Below are positions 10,264 to 19,312 of a stretch of DNA of 64,000 bases, one piece after another. The notes under the pieces are model-generated. The model was not told the origin of the DNA. It worked only from the letters and a program-made list of their open reading frames with translations, and made no database searches. The DNA comes from an uncultured Pelagibacteraceae bacterium (GTDB lineage Bacteria; Pseudomonadota; Alphaproteobacteria; Pelagibacterales; Pelagibacteraceae): the NCBI GenBank assembly GCA_902515625.1, contig CABXVD010000001.1, positions 3,961-67,960 on the forward strand, read 5' to 3'. How positions within the stretch are numbered: the first letter of the stretch is position 1; each line of letters begins with the position of its first letter. The translations under genes and the position numbers were made by a program.

Positions 10264-11324
10264 TTTTTTTCCATTAACCACAAGTTATCACTAGCTAAAA
10301 AATAAATTTTACCATTTTTAGGATGTACTTGAATGTCTCTTAGTCTTCCAATCTCGTTTTTAAAGACCACATTTTCTTTGACATTAGATAGATCAGAAAA
10401 ATCAATTGCTCTTAGTGATTTATCTTTTAAAGACGTTACTAAAGCAAGACCATTCCATTCATTAAATTCTGAACCTTTGTAAATTGTGATGGCGCTCGTT
10501 GCAATTGAAGGAACCCAATATTTGATAGCTTTTGTAAAGCCAGGCTTCCATTTTGGTCCAATTTTGCTTCCTGAATAATTTGTTCCACCCCAGCCTAAAA
10601 TTTTCCATCCATAGTTTTCACCTTTTTTTGCCTCACCAAACCAGTCACCTCCTTTAGCGCCGTGATTACTCATATAAATTTTTCCATCATAAGGTGACAA
10701 GGTTAAACCTTGCGGGTTTCTAATACCTATTTGATATATTTCTGGCAGCCAATCTGATTTCCCCTCAAACTTCGGATTATCTTTAGGTATACTCCCATCT
10801 AAGTGTATTCTTATAATACTTCCAGGATGTTGAGATGGATCTTGTGCAATCATACCTTGTCCTCTTTCACCAGCAGATGCAAATAAATAATTATCTTTAA
10901 TAGCAAGTCTTGATCCAAAATGATAACCCGAGTCTATTGGTGGATTAGCTTGAAAGATATTTTTAAAATTTAATTCTTGTTTATTTAATTTTGCTTTTGC
11001 AATTGAGGTGCTAGTTTTCCAATTTACTCTATTCTCAGTATAAGAAATCCAAACAGTATTGTTTTGATAAATAATATCTAGTAATCCTCCTTGGCCATAC
11101 TCTAAAAAATTCAAATTATGTTTTACCTCTAATATTTTTTTTGTAGCAATATTTATAATTTTTATTTTTCCACTTTTTTCTGTAACTATTATTTCATCTT
11201 CACTGATAAAAGATGAGCCCCATGGATCTTTAAGATTAGCAATTTTTTCAAAGTTTAAATTTGCAGAAAAACCATTTGAGCATAGAAAAGCAAAAAAAAT
11301 TATAGATAAGAAAAATCTAATCAC
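10260..11324 (-). CDS. PQQ-dependent soluble aldose/sugar dehydrogenase (YliI/GSDH family), exported
   Basis: GQGGLLD, HFGSRL, GERG, GIRNPQG, NYGW and GRLRDI. Start moved to the GTG at 11324, which gives a signal peptide and removes the overlap with the SDR gene. Confidence 0.88.
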   Translation of the reverse strand: MIRFFLSIIFFAFLCSNGFSANLNFEKIANLKDPWGSSFISEDEIIVTEKSGKIKIINIATKKILEVKHNLNFLEYGQGGLLDIIYQNNTVWISYTENRVNWKTSTSIAKAKLNKQELNFKNIFQANPPIDSGYHFGSRLAIKDNYLFASAGERGQGMIAQDPSQHPGSIIRIHLDGSIPKDNPKFEGKSDWLPEIYQIGIRNPQGLTLSPYDGKIYMSNHGAKGGDWFGEAKKGENYGWKILGWGGTNYSGSKIGPKWKPGFTKAIKYWVPSIATSAITIYKGSEFNEWNGLALVTSLKDKSLRAIDFSDLSNVKENVVFKNEIGRLRDIQVHPKNGKIYFLASDNLWLMEKN

Positions 11325-11325
11325 T

Positions 11326-12036
11326 TTATGAAAGTTTAGATCTACCACCATCAACAGCAATTATCTGACCTGTAACCCAAGAACTATCTTCAGTTATTAA
11401 AAATTTAGCTAATGAAGCTGAGTCTTTACCTTCACCCAACCTTTTTAAAGGGTGAGCCTTTGCGATACCTTCTGCAATTGCTGTATTTTTTAACATTGGT
11501 TCTGCAATTTTGGATTTAGTTAGACTTGGAGCAACACAGTTTACTCTAATGTGTGGAGCAAATTCTGCAGCAAGAGAAACTGTTAAACCTTCAACAGCTG
11601 CTTTTGTAGATGCAATAATAGCATGGTTAGTAAAACCTCTTTGTGCAGCAACAGTTGAAAATAAAACAATTGAACCATTGTTTTTTTTTAGGCTTTCTTG
11701 ATATCCTTTGATCACCTCAACTGCTGAATATAAATTTAACTTCATACATTTAGTAAAATCTTCTTCCTTTACCATTCGCAAAGGTTTTAAATCAATTGAA
11801 CCAACGCAGTAAGCAATCCCTTTTATTTCTGGTACATCAGCTTTAACTTTTTCTATAAAGCCCTCCTCTAAAACGTCCGCAACTGTAAATGAACATCCTA
11901 GTTTGTCTGCTATGGCGCTTACTTCACTTTGGTTCCTTGCGACTAAATGAATATCATTACCAGAATTTTTTAATTGTTCTGATAGGTTAGAACCTATAGA
12001 TCCTGTCGCACCAAAAATAAGATATTTTTCTGACAT
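11326..12036 (-). CDS. Short-chain dehydrogenase/reductase of the type found beside photolyases
   Basis: GATGSIG, FSTVAA, catalytic-helix K in HAIIASTK (Tyr not in the canonical position), VNCVAP and VTGQIIAVDGG. Confidence 0.88.
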   Translation of the reverse strand: MSEKYLIFGATGSIGSNLSEQLKNSGNDIHLVARNQSEVSAIADKLGCSFTVADVLEEGFIEKVKADVPEIKGIAYCVGSIDLKPLRMVKEEDFTKCMKLNLYSAVEVIKGYQESLKKNNGSIVLFSTVAAQRGFTNHAIIASTKAAVEGLTVSLAAEFAPHIRVNCVAPSLTKSKIAEPMLKNTAIAEGIAKAHPLKRLGEGKDSASLAKFLITEDSSWVTGQIIAVDGGRSKLS

Positions 12037-12058
12037 AAAAATTATTATTAGTTATATT
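12030..12058 (+). promoter_or_regulatory. Putative sigma70 promoter for the photolyase operon (near-leaderless)
   Basis: CTGACA-N17-TATATT, then 5 nt to the ATG at 12064; no SD. Confidence 0.4.
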
Positions 12059-12063
12059 TAACC

Positions 12064-13554
12064 ATGAAGTTATTTTTTATACTCGGTAATCAATTATTTC
12101 CAACAAAATACATTGACCGCTTCAAAAAAGACCATACGTTTTTTATGGCAGAAGACAAAGGTTTATGCACCTATGAAAAACATCATAAACAAAAAATTCT
12201 ATTGTTTCTGTCCTCTATGCGGTCCTATGCAGATAGTCTTAAGAGAAATAAATTTAAATTAGATTATTCAAAAATTGAAGACAAAGAATTTAGTGAAGAT
12301 TATTTAAAAAAATTAAAAAAAATTATTACCCAAAAAAAAATCAAAGAAGTTTCTAGCTTTGAAATAGAAGATAAACCCTTTGAACAAAAGATTTCCATGT
12401 TTTTTAAAAAGGAAAAGATTGATTGGAACATCATACAAACGCCAATGTTTTTAAATTCTCGTGAAGAATTTAAAAAATACTTAGGAAACTCAAAAAAACC
12501 ATTTATGGCAACCTTCTATAAAGAGGTAAGAAAAAAATCTGGAATATTAATGGGATCTGACGGCAACCCTGTAGGTGGTAAGTGGAGTTTTGACGAAGAC
12601 AATAGAAATAAATTACCCAAAGATATTTCAATACCTAAATTTCCTAAAATTAATGAAACAAATCATACAAAAAAATTAAAACCTATTATTGAAAAATTGT
12701 TCAAAGACCATCCGGGTAGCACAGATAATTTTTGGTTTGCAACAGAATATGAAGATGTTGTTAAACTTTTGAATTTTTTTATTAAAGAGAAATCAAATTT
12801 ATTTGGTGACTATGAAGATGCTGTAGATCAAAAAGATCATATTCTTTTTCACAGTGCTCTAAGTCCCTATATCAATCTTGGATTAATAACGCCAGAATTT
12901 ATAGTTCAAAAAGTTTTAGAGTTTCACAAAAAAAATAAAATTAGAATGAATTCTCTTGAGGGTTATATACGTCAGGTAATTGGTTGGAGAGAATTCATGC
13001 GAGGAGTTTACCAAGGTTATTCAAAAGAAATGGAAACTGGAAATTTTTTTAAACAAAATAGAAAAATGAAAAATTCTTGGTACGAAGGAAATACAGGTCT
13101 TCCACCATTAGATTATGCAATTAAAAATGCTGTTGATCATGGTTGGTCGCATCATATCGAGAGATTAATGATTTTATCAAATATTATGAACCTGTGTGAA
13201 ATCAAACCTACAATTGTTTATAAATGGTTTATGGAAATGTTTGTAGACTCATCTGATTGGGTAATGGTTCCAAATGTTTATGGGATGGGGCTGTTTAGTG
13301 ATGGAGGAATTTTTGCAACCAAACCTTATATATGTGGATCGGCATATTTTATGAAAATGATGGATTTTAAAAAAGGTGAGTGGTGTAATACAATGGACGG
13401 TCTTTATTGGAGATTTATAGATAGAAACAGAAAATTCTTTCTTAAAAATCCGCGCTTATCTATGATGGTTAGGATATTTGATAAAATGAAAATAGATAGA
13501 AAAAAATTAATTTTATCTGAAGCTGAAAAATTCATTAAACAAAATACTGCATAG
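12064..13554 (+). CDS. phrB: Bacterial (6-4) photolyase/cryptochrome, PhrB/CryB family, lacking Fe-S cysteines
   Basis: LGNQL, HHKQKI, GGKWSFDEDNR, FGDYEDA, LFHSALS, RQVIGWREF, HHIERLM and GIFATKPY. Confidence 0.92.
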   Translation: MKLFFILGNQLFPTKYIDRFKKDHTFFMAEDKGLCTYEKHHKQKILLFLSSMRSYADSLKRNKFKLDYSKIEDKEFSEDYLKKLKKIITQKKIKEVSSFEIEDKPFEQKISMFFKKEKIDWNIIQTPMFLNSREEFKKYLGNSKKPFMATFYKEVRKKSGILMGSDGNPVGGKWSFDEDNRNKLPKDISIPKFPKINETNHTKKLKPIIEKLFKDHPGSTDNFWFATEYEDVVKLLNFFIKEKSNLFGDYEDAVDQKDHILFHSALSPYINLGLITPEFIVQKVLEFHKKNKIRMNSLEGYIRQVIGWREFMRGVYQGYSKEMETGNFFKQNRKMKNSWYEGNTGLPPLDYAIKNAVDHGWSHHIERLMILSNIMNLCEIKPTIVYKWFMEMFVDSSDWVMVPNVYGMGLFSDGGIFATKPYICGSAYFMKMMDFKKGEWCNTMDGLYWRFIDRNRKFFLKNPRLSMMVRIFDKMKIDRKKLILSEAEKFIKQNTA

Positions 13555-13685
13555 TGAGAAAAGAAAATCTGCCGTCTAAAATTTGTTTAGTTTGCCAAAG
13601 ACCCTTTAAATGGAGAAAAAAATGGAAGTTAAACTGGGAAAAAGTCAAATACTGCTCAAAAAGGTGTTCTAATAAAAAAATTTAA
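13554..13685 (+). CDS. DUF2256 family small Cys-rich protein (43 aa, absent from the ORF track)
   Basis: Manual translation from the GTG overlapping the photolyase TAG: MRKENLPSKICLVCQRPFKWRKKWKLNWEKVKYCSKRCSNKKI. Confidence 0.92.
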   Translation: MRKENLPSKICLVCQRPFKWRKKWKLNWEKVKYCSKRCSNKKI

Positions 13686-13687
13686 AT

Positions 13688-14221
13688 ATGAATTTGGAAA
13701 AATATAAATGGAAAAGTAGAATTTTGCTTGTAATTACACCAAATTTCAAAGACCCATCATATCAAAAAGTAAAAAAAATATATCAAAGCAAGATCAAGGA
13801 ATTCCATAAAAGATATGTAAAATTAATTTGCAAATCAAATAAAAACAAAACTTTTTCAATAAATCTTATTGGTTTCGATGGAAAATCAAAAAAAATAATG
13901 AAAGATTTAAAGCCCAAGCTAGTTTTCCAAATAATTGACAAGATGCCAATGGGTAAAAAAATTAAACCAATCAACCTATCTTTATATTCTGATTATAATC
14001 CTAAAACCACAACGCATGGACTTGGATTTAAAAATAAAGAAAAGGCTTTATTTACAATTAATATAATTAAAAATAGATCTTTAAAGTATCAAGTAAATGT
14101 AGTTTCGACCATGCTGGGTAGAGCTAAAAATCATCCAAATAAAACTAAAGATATGGTTGGCGCTATAAAAGTATTTGATGATTGGTTGAAAAAATATAAG
14201 AGAAAAAAAAATGAAAAGTAA
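13688..14221 (+). CDS. DUF4174 domain fused to an uncharacterised basic C-terminal domain
   Basis: N-half has YKWKSRILLV...LIGFDG..K...IDKMPM (DUF4174-like). C-half begins LYSDYNPKTTTHGLGFKNKEKA. Confidence 0.72.
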   Translation: MNLEKYKWKSRILLVITPNFKDPSYQKVKKIYQSKIKEFHKRYVKLICKSNKNKTFSINLIGFDGKSKKIMKDLKPKLVFQIIDKMPMGKKIKPINLSLYSDYNPKTTTHGLGFKNKEKALFTINIIKNRSLKYQVNVVSTMLGRAKNHPNKTKDMVGAIKVFDDWLKKYKRKKNEK

Positions 14222-15653
14222 GATGTCTAATTTTTTAAATAAAATATTAATTTTAACAATTTTAATAGTACCCAACATTGTTAATGCTGATTTTTTTGAG
14301 GATATAACTGATAAAATTGTTGATAATCCAAAAAGACTTAGTTATGGCATTTCTGTTGCCGATATAAATCAAAATGGAAAATATGAATTTATAGTTACAG
14401 GATTTGGTTATCCTAATTTAGCTTTATCATATGATAATGGAATATTAATTAATATTGCTAGTCTAAATATATTTTCTGATGAATCTAGAAAAACTATTGG
14501 TGTTGCAGCATGTGATGTTGATAGAGATGGTTATGAAGAAATATATTTTCTTAACACAGATACATATAGTGGAACAAAAAAATATTCAGACAGACTAATA
14601 GATTTAGAAGAAAATAAGTTTTTTGACATGTTTGAAATTGAAAAAAATAAAGAGGATTTAAATTTAACAGCAGGTAGATCTGTTGTTTGTGTGGATAGAA
14701 AAGGTAATAGCGAATATGGTCTGTATGTATCAAATTATGGTGGACCAACAAGGTTTTATGAGATTGAAGATAAAAAGATTAAGGATAAATCAGTTAGTTT
14801 AAATTTAGATAAGGTTACAGGTGGAAGGGCAGTAGTTTCAGGGCATATTTTAACAGACAGATCTGATATTTTTGCAGCAAATGAAAGAGGTCCAAATTTT
14901 CTTTTGAAAAATAATAACGGGGTTTTTGAAGACGTTGCATTTGACTATCGAGTAGATGATGTGATCCAGAACGGTAGAGGAACTGCACTATCAGACATTC
15001 TTTATCGAGGAAGATTAGATATTATAAGTGGAAACTGGCAAGGTTATCACAGAGCTTACGCCTTAAAAGATAACCAATTTAAAGATATAGGTAATAGTAA
15101 ATTTGATAAACCTTCAAGAATTCGAACCATTATATCTGCTGATTTTGATAATGACGGTTATGATGAAGTCTTCATGAACAACATAGCTGAGCCTAACAAG
15201 TTATTTAGGATAAAAGAGAATGGAGTTTTTGAGGAAATAATACTGGAAACAGGCCTCGAACCTGATGGGTTTGGCACAGGAGCTGCAGTTGCTGACATTG
15301 ATAATGATGGTATTTTAGAATTACTAGTTTCTCGTGGTGAAAGTAAAGAACAGCCATTAACTTTATATAAAGCAAAAGTTGATAAACAGAGCAAATATTT
15401 GAGAATTAAACCTTTCAATAAATTTGGAGCTCCAGCGAGAGGTGCAACAGTTACATTACTTACAAATCAAAGAAAACATTCAAAAACTATTGATGCTGGA
15501 TCTGGTTATTTGTGTCAAATGGAGCCTGTGGCACATTATGGAATTAGAAAAAACGAAAAAAATTTTAAAGTAGAAGTTAAATGGACTGATGGTACTAAAA
15601 ACTTAATTAGAATAACTTCATTAAATCAAACAGTTACTATAAAACAAAAATGA
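14211..15653 (+). CDS. Exported CRTAC1/ASPIC-UnbV family protein with FG-GAP repeats
   Basis: Signal peptide, repeated DxDxDGxxE motifs (DVDRDGYEE, DFDNDGYDE, DIDNDGILE) and C-terminal DAGSGYLCQMEPVAHYG. Confidence 0.9.
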   Translation: MKSKMSNFLNKILILTILIVPNIVNADFFEDITDKIVDNPKRLSYGISVADINQNGKYEFIVTGFGYPNLALSYDNGILINIASLNIFSDESRKTIGVAACDVDRDGYEEIYFLNTDTYSGTKKYSDRLIDLEENKFFDMFEIEKNKEDLNLTAGRSVVCVDRKGNSEYGLYVSNYGGPTRFYEIEDKKIKDKSVSLNLDKVTGGRAVVSGHILTDRSDIFAANERGPNFLLKNNNGVFEDVAFDYRVDDVIQNGRGTALSDILYRGRLDIISGNWQGYHRAYALKDNQFKDIGNSKFDKPSRIRTIISADFDNDGYDEVFMNNIAEPNKLFRIKENGVFEEIILETGLEPDGFGTGAAVADIDNDGILELLVSRGESKEQPLTLYKAKVDKQSKYLRIKPFNKFGAPARGATVTLLTNQRKHSKTIDAGSGYLCQMEPVAHYGIRKNEKNFKVEVKWTDGTKNLIRITSLNQTVTIKQK

Positions 15654-16339
15654 AAAAAATCTTATCTAAATTCATTTTAATTTTCTTTGTATTTTTTCAA
15701 TTTGAATCATTCGCAGAAGAAAAAAATTATCATAAAGAATTAATTACTGATTGGTCTAGAATATTTCCAGATCAAAATAGAAATGCAGCTGGACCAAAGT
15801 TTTTTAAGTATATTATAGATAAAGAAATTACTTATAAAGATTTTACAGAATTTAATAAATTATATTGTGCAGTTTCTGGATCATTAATTGACCCAAATAG
15901 TGAACCAGATTTTCTATACGCGAAAGAGAGCAGAACTGGGGAAAAAATTTGTGGTGATTACTATAAGTGCTGTATTCCTTGCTCGTGCGATATAATGAAA
16001 TATTCTGAAGTTGAAAAGATGACTCATAAGTTTTTGGATGGTTTAAAAGATTTTTATGTATTCACCATCAGAAATCCTTGCAAGAAGAAAGATTTTCCCG
16101 ACAGGGTAAATAAAGATTACTTTTGTGATGGAGAAAAAATCAATAATAATCAAGTTTATAATCTTAATGATCGAGTAGTAATAGGTTTATTTCATGAGGG
16201 AAGAAGCTGTAAAAAAGAAGAGATAGATTTTGTAAAAAGTCATCAAGTAACAGGAAGGTTTTGTGAATTAAGAAATAATACTCCTTTAGAAAACTTAAAA
16301 ACTGGAATGGGTGATATATTTATAAAGCTTGCTAGATAA
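15650..16339 (+). CDS. Exported cysteine-rich hypothetical protein
   Basis: Signal peptide, 10 Cys including YCAVSGS and CGDYYKCCIPCSCD; ATGA-coupled to the CRTAC1-like gene. Confidence 0.8.
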   Translation: MKKILSKFILIFFVFFQFESFAEEKNYHKELITDWSRIFPDQNRNAAGPKFFKYIIDKEITYKDFTEFNKLYCAVSGSLIDPNSEPDFLYAKESRTGEKICGDYYKCCIPCSCDIMKYSEVEKMTHKFLDGLKDFYVFTIRNPCKKKDFPDRVNKDYFCDGEKINNNQVYNLNDRVVIGLFHEGRSCKKEEIDFVKSHQVTGRFCELRNNTPLENLKTGMGDIFIKLAR

Positions 16340-16386
16340 TATTATTTAATTTGTTCAGAGATCTTTTCTGAGCTAAGCTGAATTTA

Positions 16387-17106
16387 GTGAATATTATCGT
16401 ATTACAACACATTAAGATAGAAGACCCTGGATATATCAAAGATTTAATGTTAGCAGATGGATTTAATCTAACCACTATTGAGTTAGATGAAGGTGAAAAA
16501 ATACCCGACGATTTAAATAAATTTGATGGAATGTTTTGTATGGGAGGTCCAATGGATACCTTTATGGAGAAGCAGTATCCATGGTTAGTAGAGGAAAAGA
16601 AAAAAATTAAAGAGTTTGTTGTAGATCTAAAAAAACCTTATTTAGGATTTTGTTTAGGCTGTCAGTTACTAGGAGAAGTAATAGGGGGACGAGTAGTTAA
16701 ATCAAATCCTGCTGAGATAGGAATGATGGATATAAACTTTACAAAAGAAAAAGAAGTTGACAATTTGTTTTCAGAATTTCCAAACCAAATCAAAAGTCTT
16801 CAATGGCACTCTTATGAGGTGCAGGGAATTCAAAATCATAAGTATGTGACTTTGTTAGCTTCGTCACCAGTTACAAAATTTCAAATTTTTAAATACCAAA
16901 ACCACGCCTATGGAATTCAATTTCATATAGAAATAAAAAATACCACAGTCAATGAATGGGGATGTGTCCCAGAATATAAAAAAGCTTTGGAGGATCAGCT
17001 TGGTAACGGTGCGTTAGAAAAATTTGATCAATCTGCAAAGGATAACATGAAAGATATGAATAACTATTCTACAATCCTTTATAATAATTTTAAAAAACTT
17101 TTATGA
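16387..17106 (+). CDS. Class I glutamine amidotransferase-like protein
   Basis: MGGPM, GFCLGCQ (nucleophile Cys), QWH and QFHIE (His-Glu). Confidence 0.92.
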   Translation: MNIIVLQHIKIEDPGYIKDLMLADGFNLTTIELDEGEKIPDDLNKFDGMFCMGGPMDTFMEKQYPWLVEEKKKIKEFVVDLKKPYLGFCLGCQLLGEVIGGRVVKSNPAEIGMMDINFTKEKEVDNLFSEFPNQIKSLQWHSYEVQGIQNHKYVTLLASSPVTKFQIFKYQNHAYGIQFHIEIKNTTVNEWGCVPEYKKALEDQLGNGALEKFDQSAKDNMKDMNNYSTILYNNFKKLL

Positions 17107-17324
17107 ATAATAAAATATTTGAATAGGCCGGAGTTATAACCGCAATATTATATTCTTTGTTTGTTGGTTTAAATATAGGAATTGAATTTTTTGGTTTTTG
17201 TTTATTACTTTTTTCAGCAATTTTAATCGGAATATGGGCCTATAGGTGTGGTTATAAAAGAATTTTATTTCTACAATTTTTTTATGCAACAGCTGGTATT
17301 ATTGGGATGGTGCGTTGGTTTTAA
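17103..17324 (+). pseudogene. Small hydrophobic membrane protein gene with an in-frame TAG at codon 8
   Basis: ATG overlaps the upstream TGA. Reads MNNKIFE*AGVITAILYSLFVGLNIGIEFFGFCLLLFSAILIGIWAYRCGYKRILFLQFFYATAGIIGMVRWF and fills the gap exactly. Confidence 0.7.
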
Positions 17325-18460
17325 TTAAAGCTTGATATTATTTTTGGAATATAATTTTTAAAATTAAAAAAACCTTTGTTACAATATTGCCAGGAAAATC
17401 GATCAAGATCCCTGTATAAAAAATTTAATTTAATAGTATTTGAATTTAAATAATCTAAGTTTTCACCAACAGTTGGATATAATCCACAGCAGTTTTCAAT
17501 ATTTTTAATTTCACTAATATCAATAACCTCAAACTCTATAGAATTATCTTTTAATCTTTGTTGTTGGTCATTTATTAAAAGAGACTTAAATTTCACTGAC
17601 TTTTCACTGAGCTTGATAGATCTATTTTCATTTTTAACAGCAACTATATATATTTTTTTAAAATTATTTTCTTTGAAGTCAGTGATTTCAAATGAGAGAT
17701 TATTTTCAAAAATTATAAGATTTTTATTTTCTAAATCCTGCGGGTTAATGAAATCTTGTTTAATTATAGAGTAATTTTTTTCTGAAATTTTTGGAGGAGC
17801 GTTCTCATTTAATTTGATGTTTTGAAATCTGTTATTAGTAAATTTTTTTATATTCCATTCACTTGCCAGGTAATGCTTACCCTGTGTTTGAATTCCAGCT
17901 ACCCATCTCCAACCAAGGGTATTAGATGCAGCATCTCCATCATACAGATGTTGCATGAAAAACTCAGCACCAAGCTGCCATGGTAATTCTAGAGTGAAAA
18001 TCCAAATACTCGCAAACCACATTCTGGTATGGTTGTGAAGATAGTTGTTTTCTTTGAGTTCATTTACCCAGTAATTAAAGCATTCAATATTTGTTTTCCC
18101 TTCGATTGCATTTAAATATTCTTTATTATCTTTGAAATCTTCTCTTATTTTTTTTAGCTCTATTAAATAATCATTCCATACATTTGGTCTAAGTTCTAGC
18201 CAGCCTTTCCAATAAGTACGCCAAAGAACTTCTTGGATAAACTTTTCATTTTTTGCAAAAGAAAATTTATCAAGAGATTTTTTTATTATTTCTTTTTCGC
18301 TTATTATCCCGTGTGTAATATAAGGTGATAAGCACGAGACATTAGATCTACCCTCAGGACCAAGATCAAAATTTCTTAATTTAGAGTAATCTGTAAGATT
18401 ATTTTCAGCAAAATGATTTAGTTTTTCAATGGCTTTCGCCCTCGAAGCCTCAAATAACAT
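17321..18460 (-). CDS. Short DNA photolyase with N-terminal FAD-binding domain (NewPHL-like inverted topology)
   Basis: YSKLRNFD...VSCLSPYITHG near the N-terminus, KFIQEVLWRTYWKGWLE, YLHNHTRMWFASIWI and DGDAASNTLGWRWVAG; only 379 aa. Confidence 0.88.
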   Translation of the reverse strand: MLFEASRAKAIEKLNHFAENNLTDYSKLRNFDLGPEGRSNVSCLSPYITHGIISEKEIIKKSLDKFSFAKNEKFIQEVLWRTYWKGWLELRPNVWNDYLIELKKIREDFKDNKEYLNAIEGKTNIECFNYWVNELKENNYLHNHTRMWFASIWIFTLELPWQLGAEFFMQHLYDGDAASNTLGWRWVAGIQTQGKHYLASEWNIKKFTNNRFQNIKLNENAPPKISEKNYSIIKQDFINPQDLENKNLIIFENNLSFEITDFKENNFKKIYIVAVKNENRSIKLSEKSVKFKSLLINDQQQRLKDNSIEFEVIDISEIKNIENCCGLYPTVGENLDYLNSNTIKLNFLYRDLDRFSWQYCNKGFFNFKNYIPKIISSFN

Positions 18461-18467
18461 ATTTAAA

Positions 18468-18848
18468 TTACCTAGATTTTTTTTTCTTCAGACCTAGTTT
18501 GTCACTATGTCTTAATCTTAGAACAACAATTGCTCCAGCGATCAACAGTATAGCAACTGCCTCATAAACAAGAGCCGTAGGGTCCATTTCTTTTCCTTGA
18601 AGAATAATAAATCGAGCAAGAGCTGTTATTGCAATAAGAAGTGGTAATGTAATACTTATAGATTGCTGATTCCAAAAAACCCTTACCATTGCAAGAACTT
18701 CTAAATATAGAAACATTAAAAGCAAATCAGCTAAAGTAACCGATTGATTTAAAAACATATTTGAAATTTCAATACCAACAGCAATAATAGTGCTGATCAA
18801 AATAATACACATCAACCCTAGTTGTAAATTTTTTGCTATCTTATCCAT
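18468..18848 (-). CDS. PsiE family (phosphate-starvation-inducible) membrane protein
   Basis: LADLLLMFLYLEV...IAITALARFIIL. Confidence 0.88.
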   Translation of the reverse strand: MDKIAKNLQLGLMCIILISTIIAVGIEISNMFLNQSVTLADLLLMFLYLEVLAMVRVFWNQQSISITLPLLIAITALARFIILQGKEMDPTALVYEAVAILLIAGAIVVLRLRHSDKLGLKKKKSR

Positions 18849-19306
18849 TACTTATCTTTACTAAATGGTAGCCATTTTTCAAACACTGATTTTGAAGAAC
18901 CATCATAGGGAATAGAGTAGGAGTATGGGTTTGGACTAGTTAGAACTTCAATTCCTTTTGAAAAGACAAATATAAAAACAATAACAAAAACAATTACCAT
19001 TATTTTAAAGGGATCAAAATTTTTAGTCTTAAAAACGCTAGTAGAACTCTCTTCGGCTCTGTGAAAATGTTTAAATGTCATATAGACTGCAAAAATCAAA
19101 CCAATATGGGCTATGAATAGACCTGCCCAACCAAATGCAAAAGTAGTATATGAAAAAACATATAAACTAAAAACAGTGGTCCAAATAAAACTTAACACTA
19201 AAAGAATTTGTAACCTTACTGTTTTAGGAAGAGCCCTCAAATCATTTTTACTATCATCAAACAGAATGTTTGCTGCTTCTATCATCCAATTTTTTAATGA
19301 TTCCAT
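18848..19306 (-). CDS. Hypothetical three-TM membrane protein
   Basis: 152 aa with hydrophobic segments; TAATG-coupled to the PsiE-family gene. Confidence 0.75.
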   Translation of the reverse strand: MESLKNWMIEAANILFDDSKNDLRALPKTVRLQILLVLSFIWTTVFSLYVFSYTTFAFGWAGLFIAHIGLIFAVYMTFKHFHRAEESSTSVFKTKNFDPFKIMVIVFVIVFIFVFSKGIEVLTSPNPYSYSIPYDGSSKSVFEKWLPFSKDK

Positions 19307-19312
19307 AAACCT

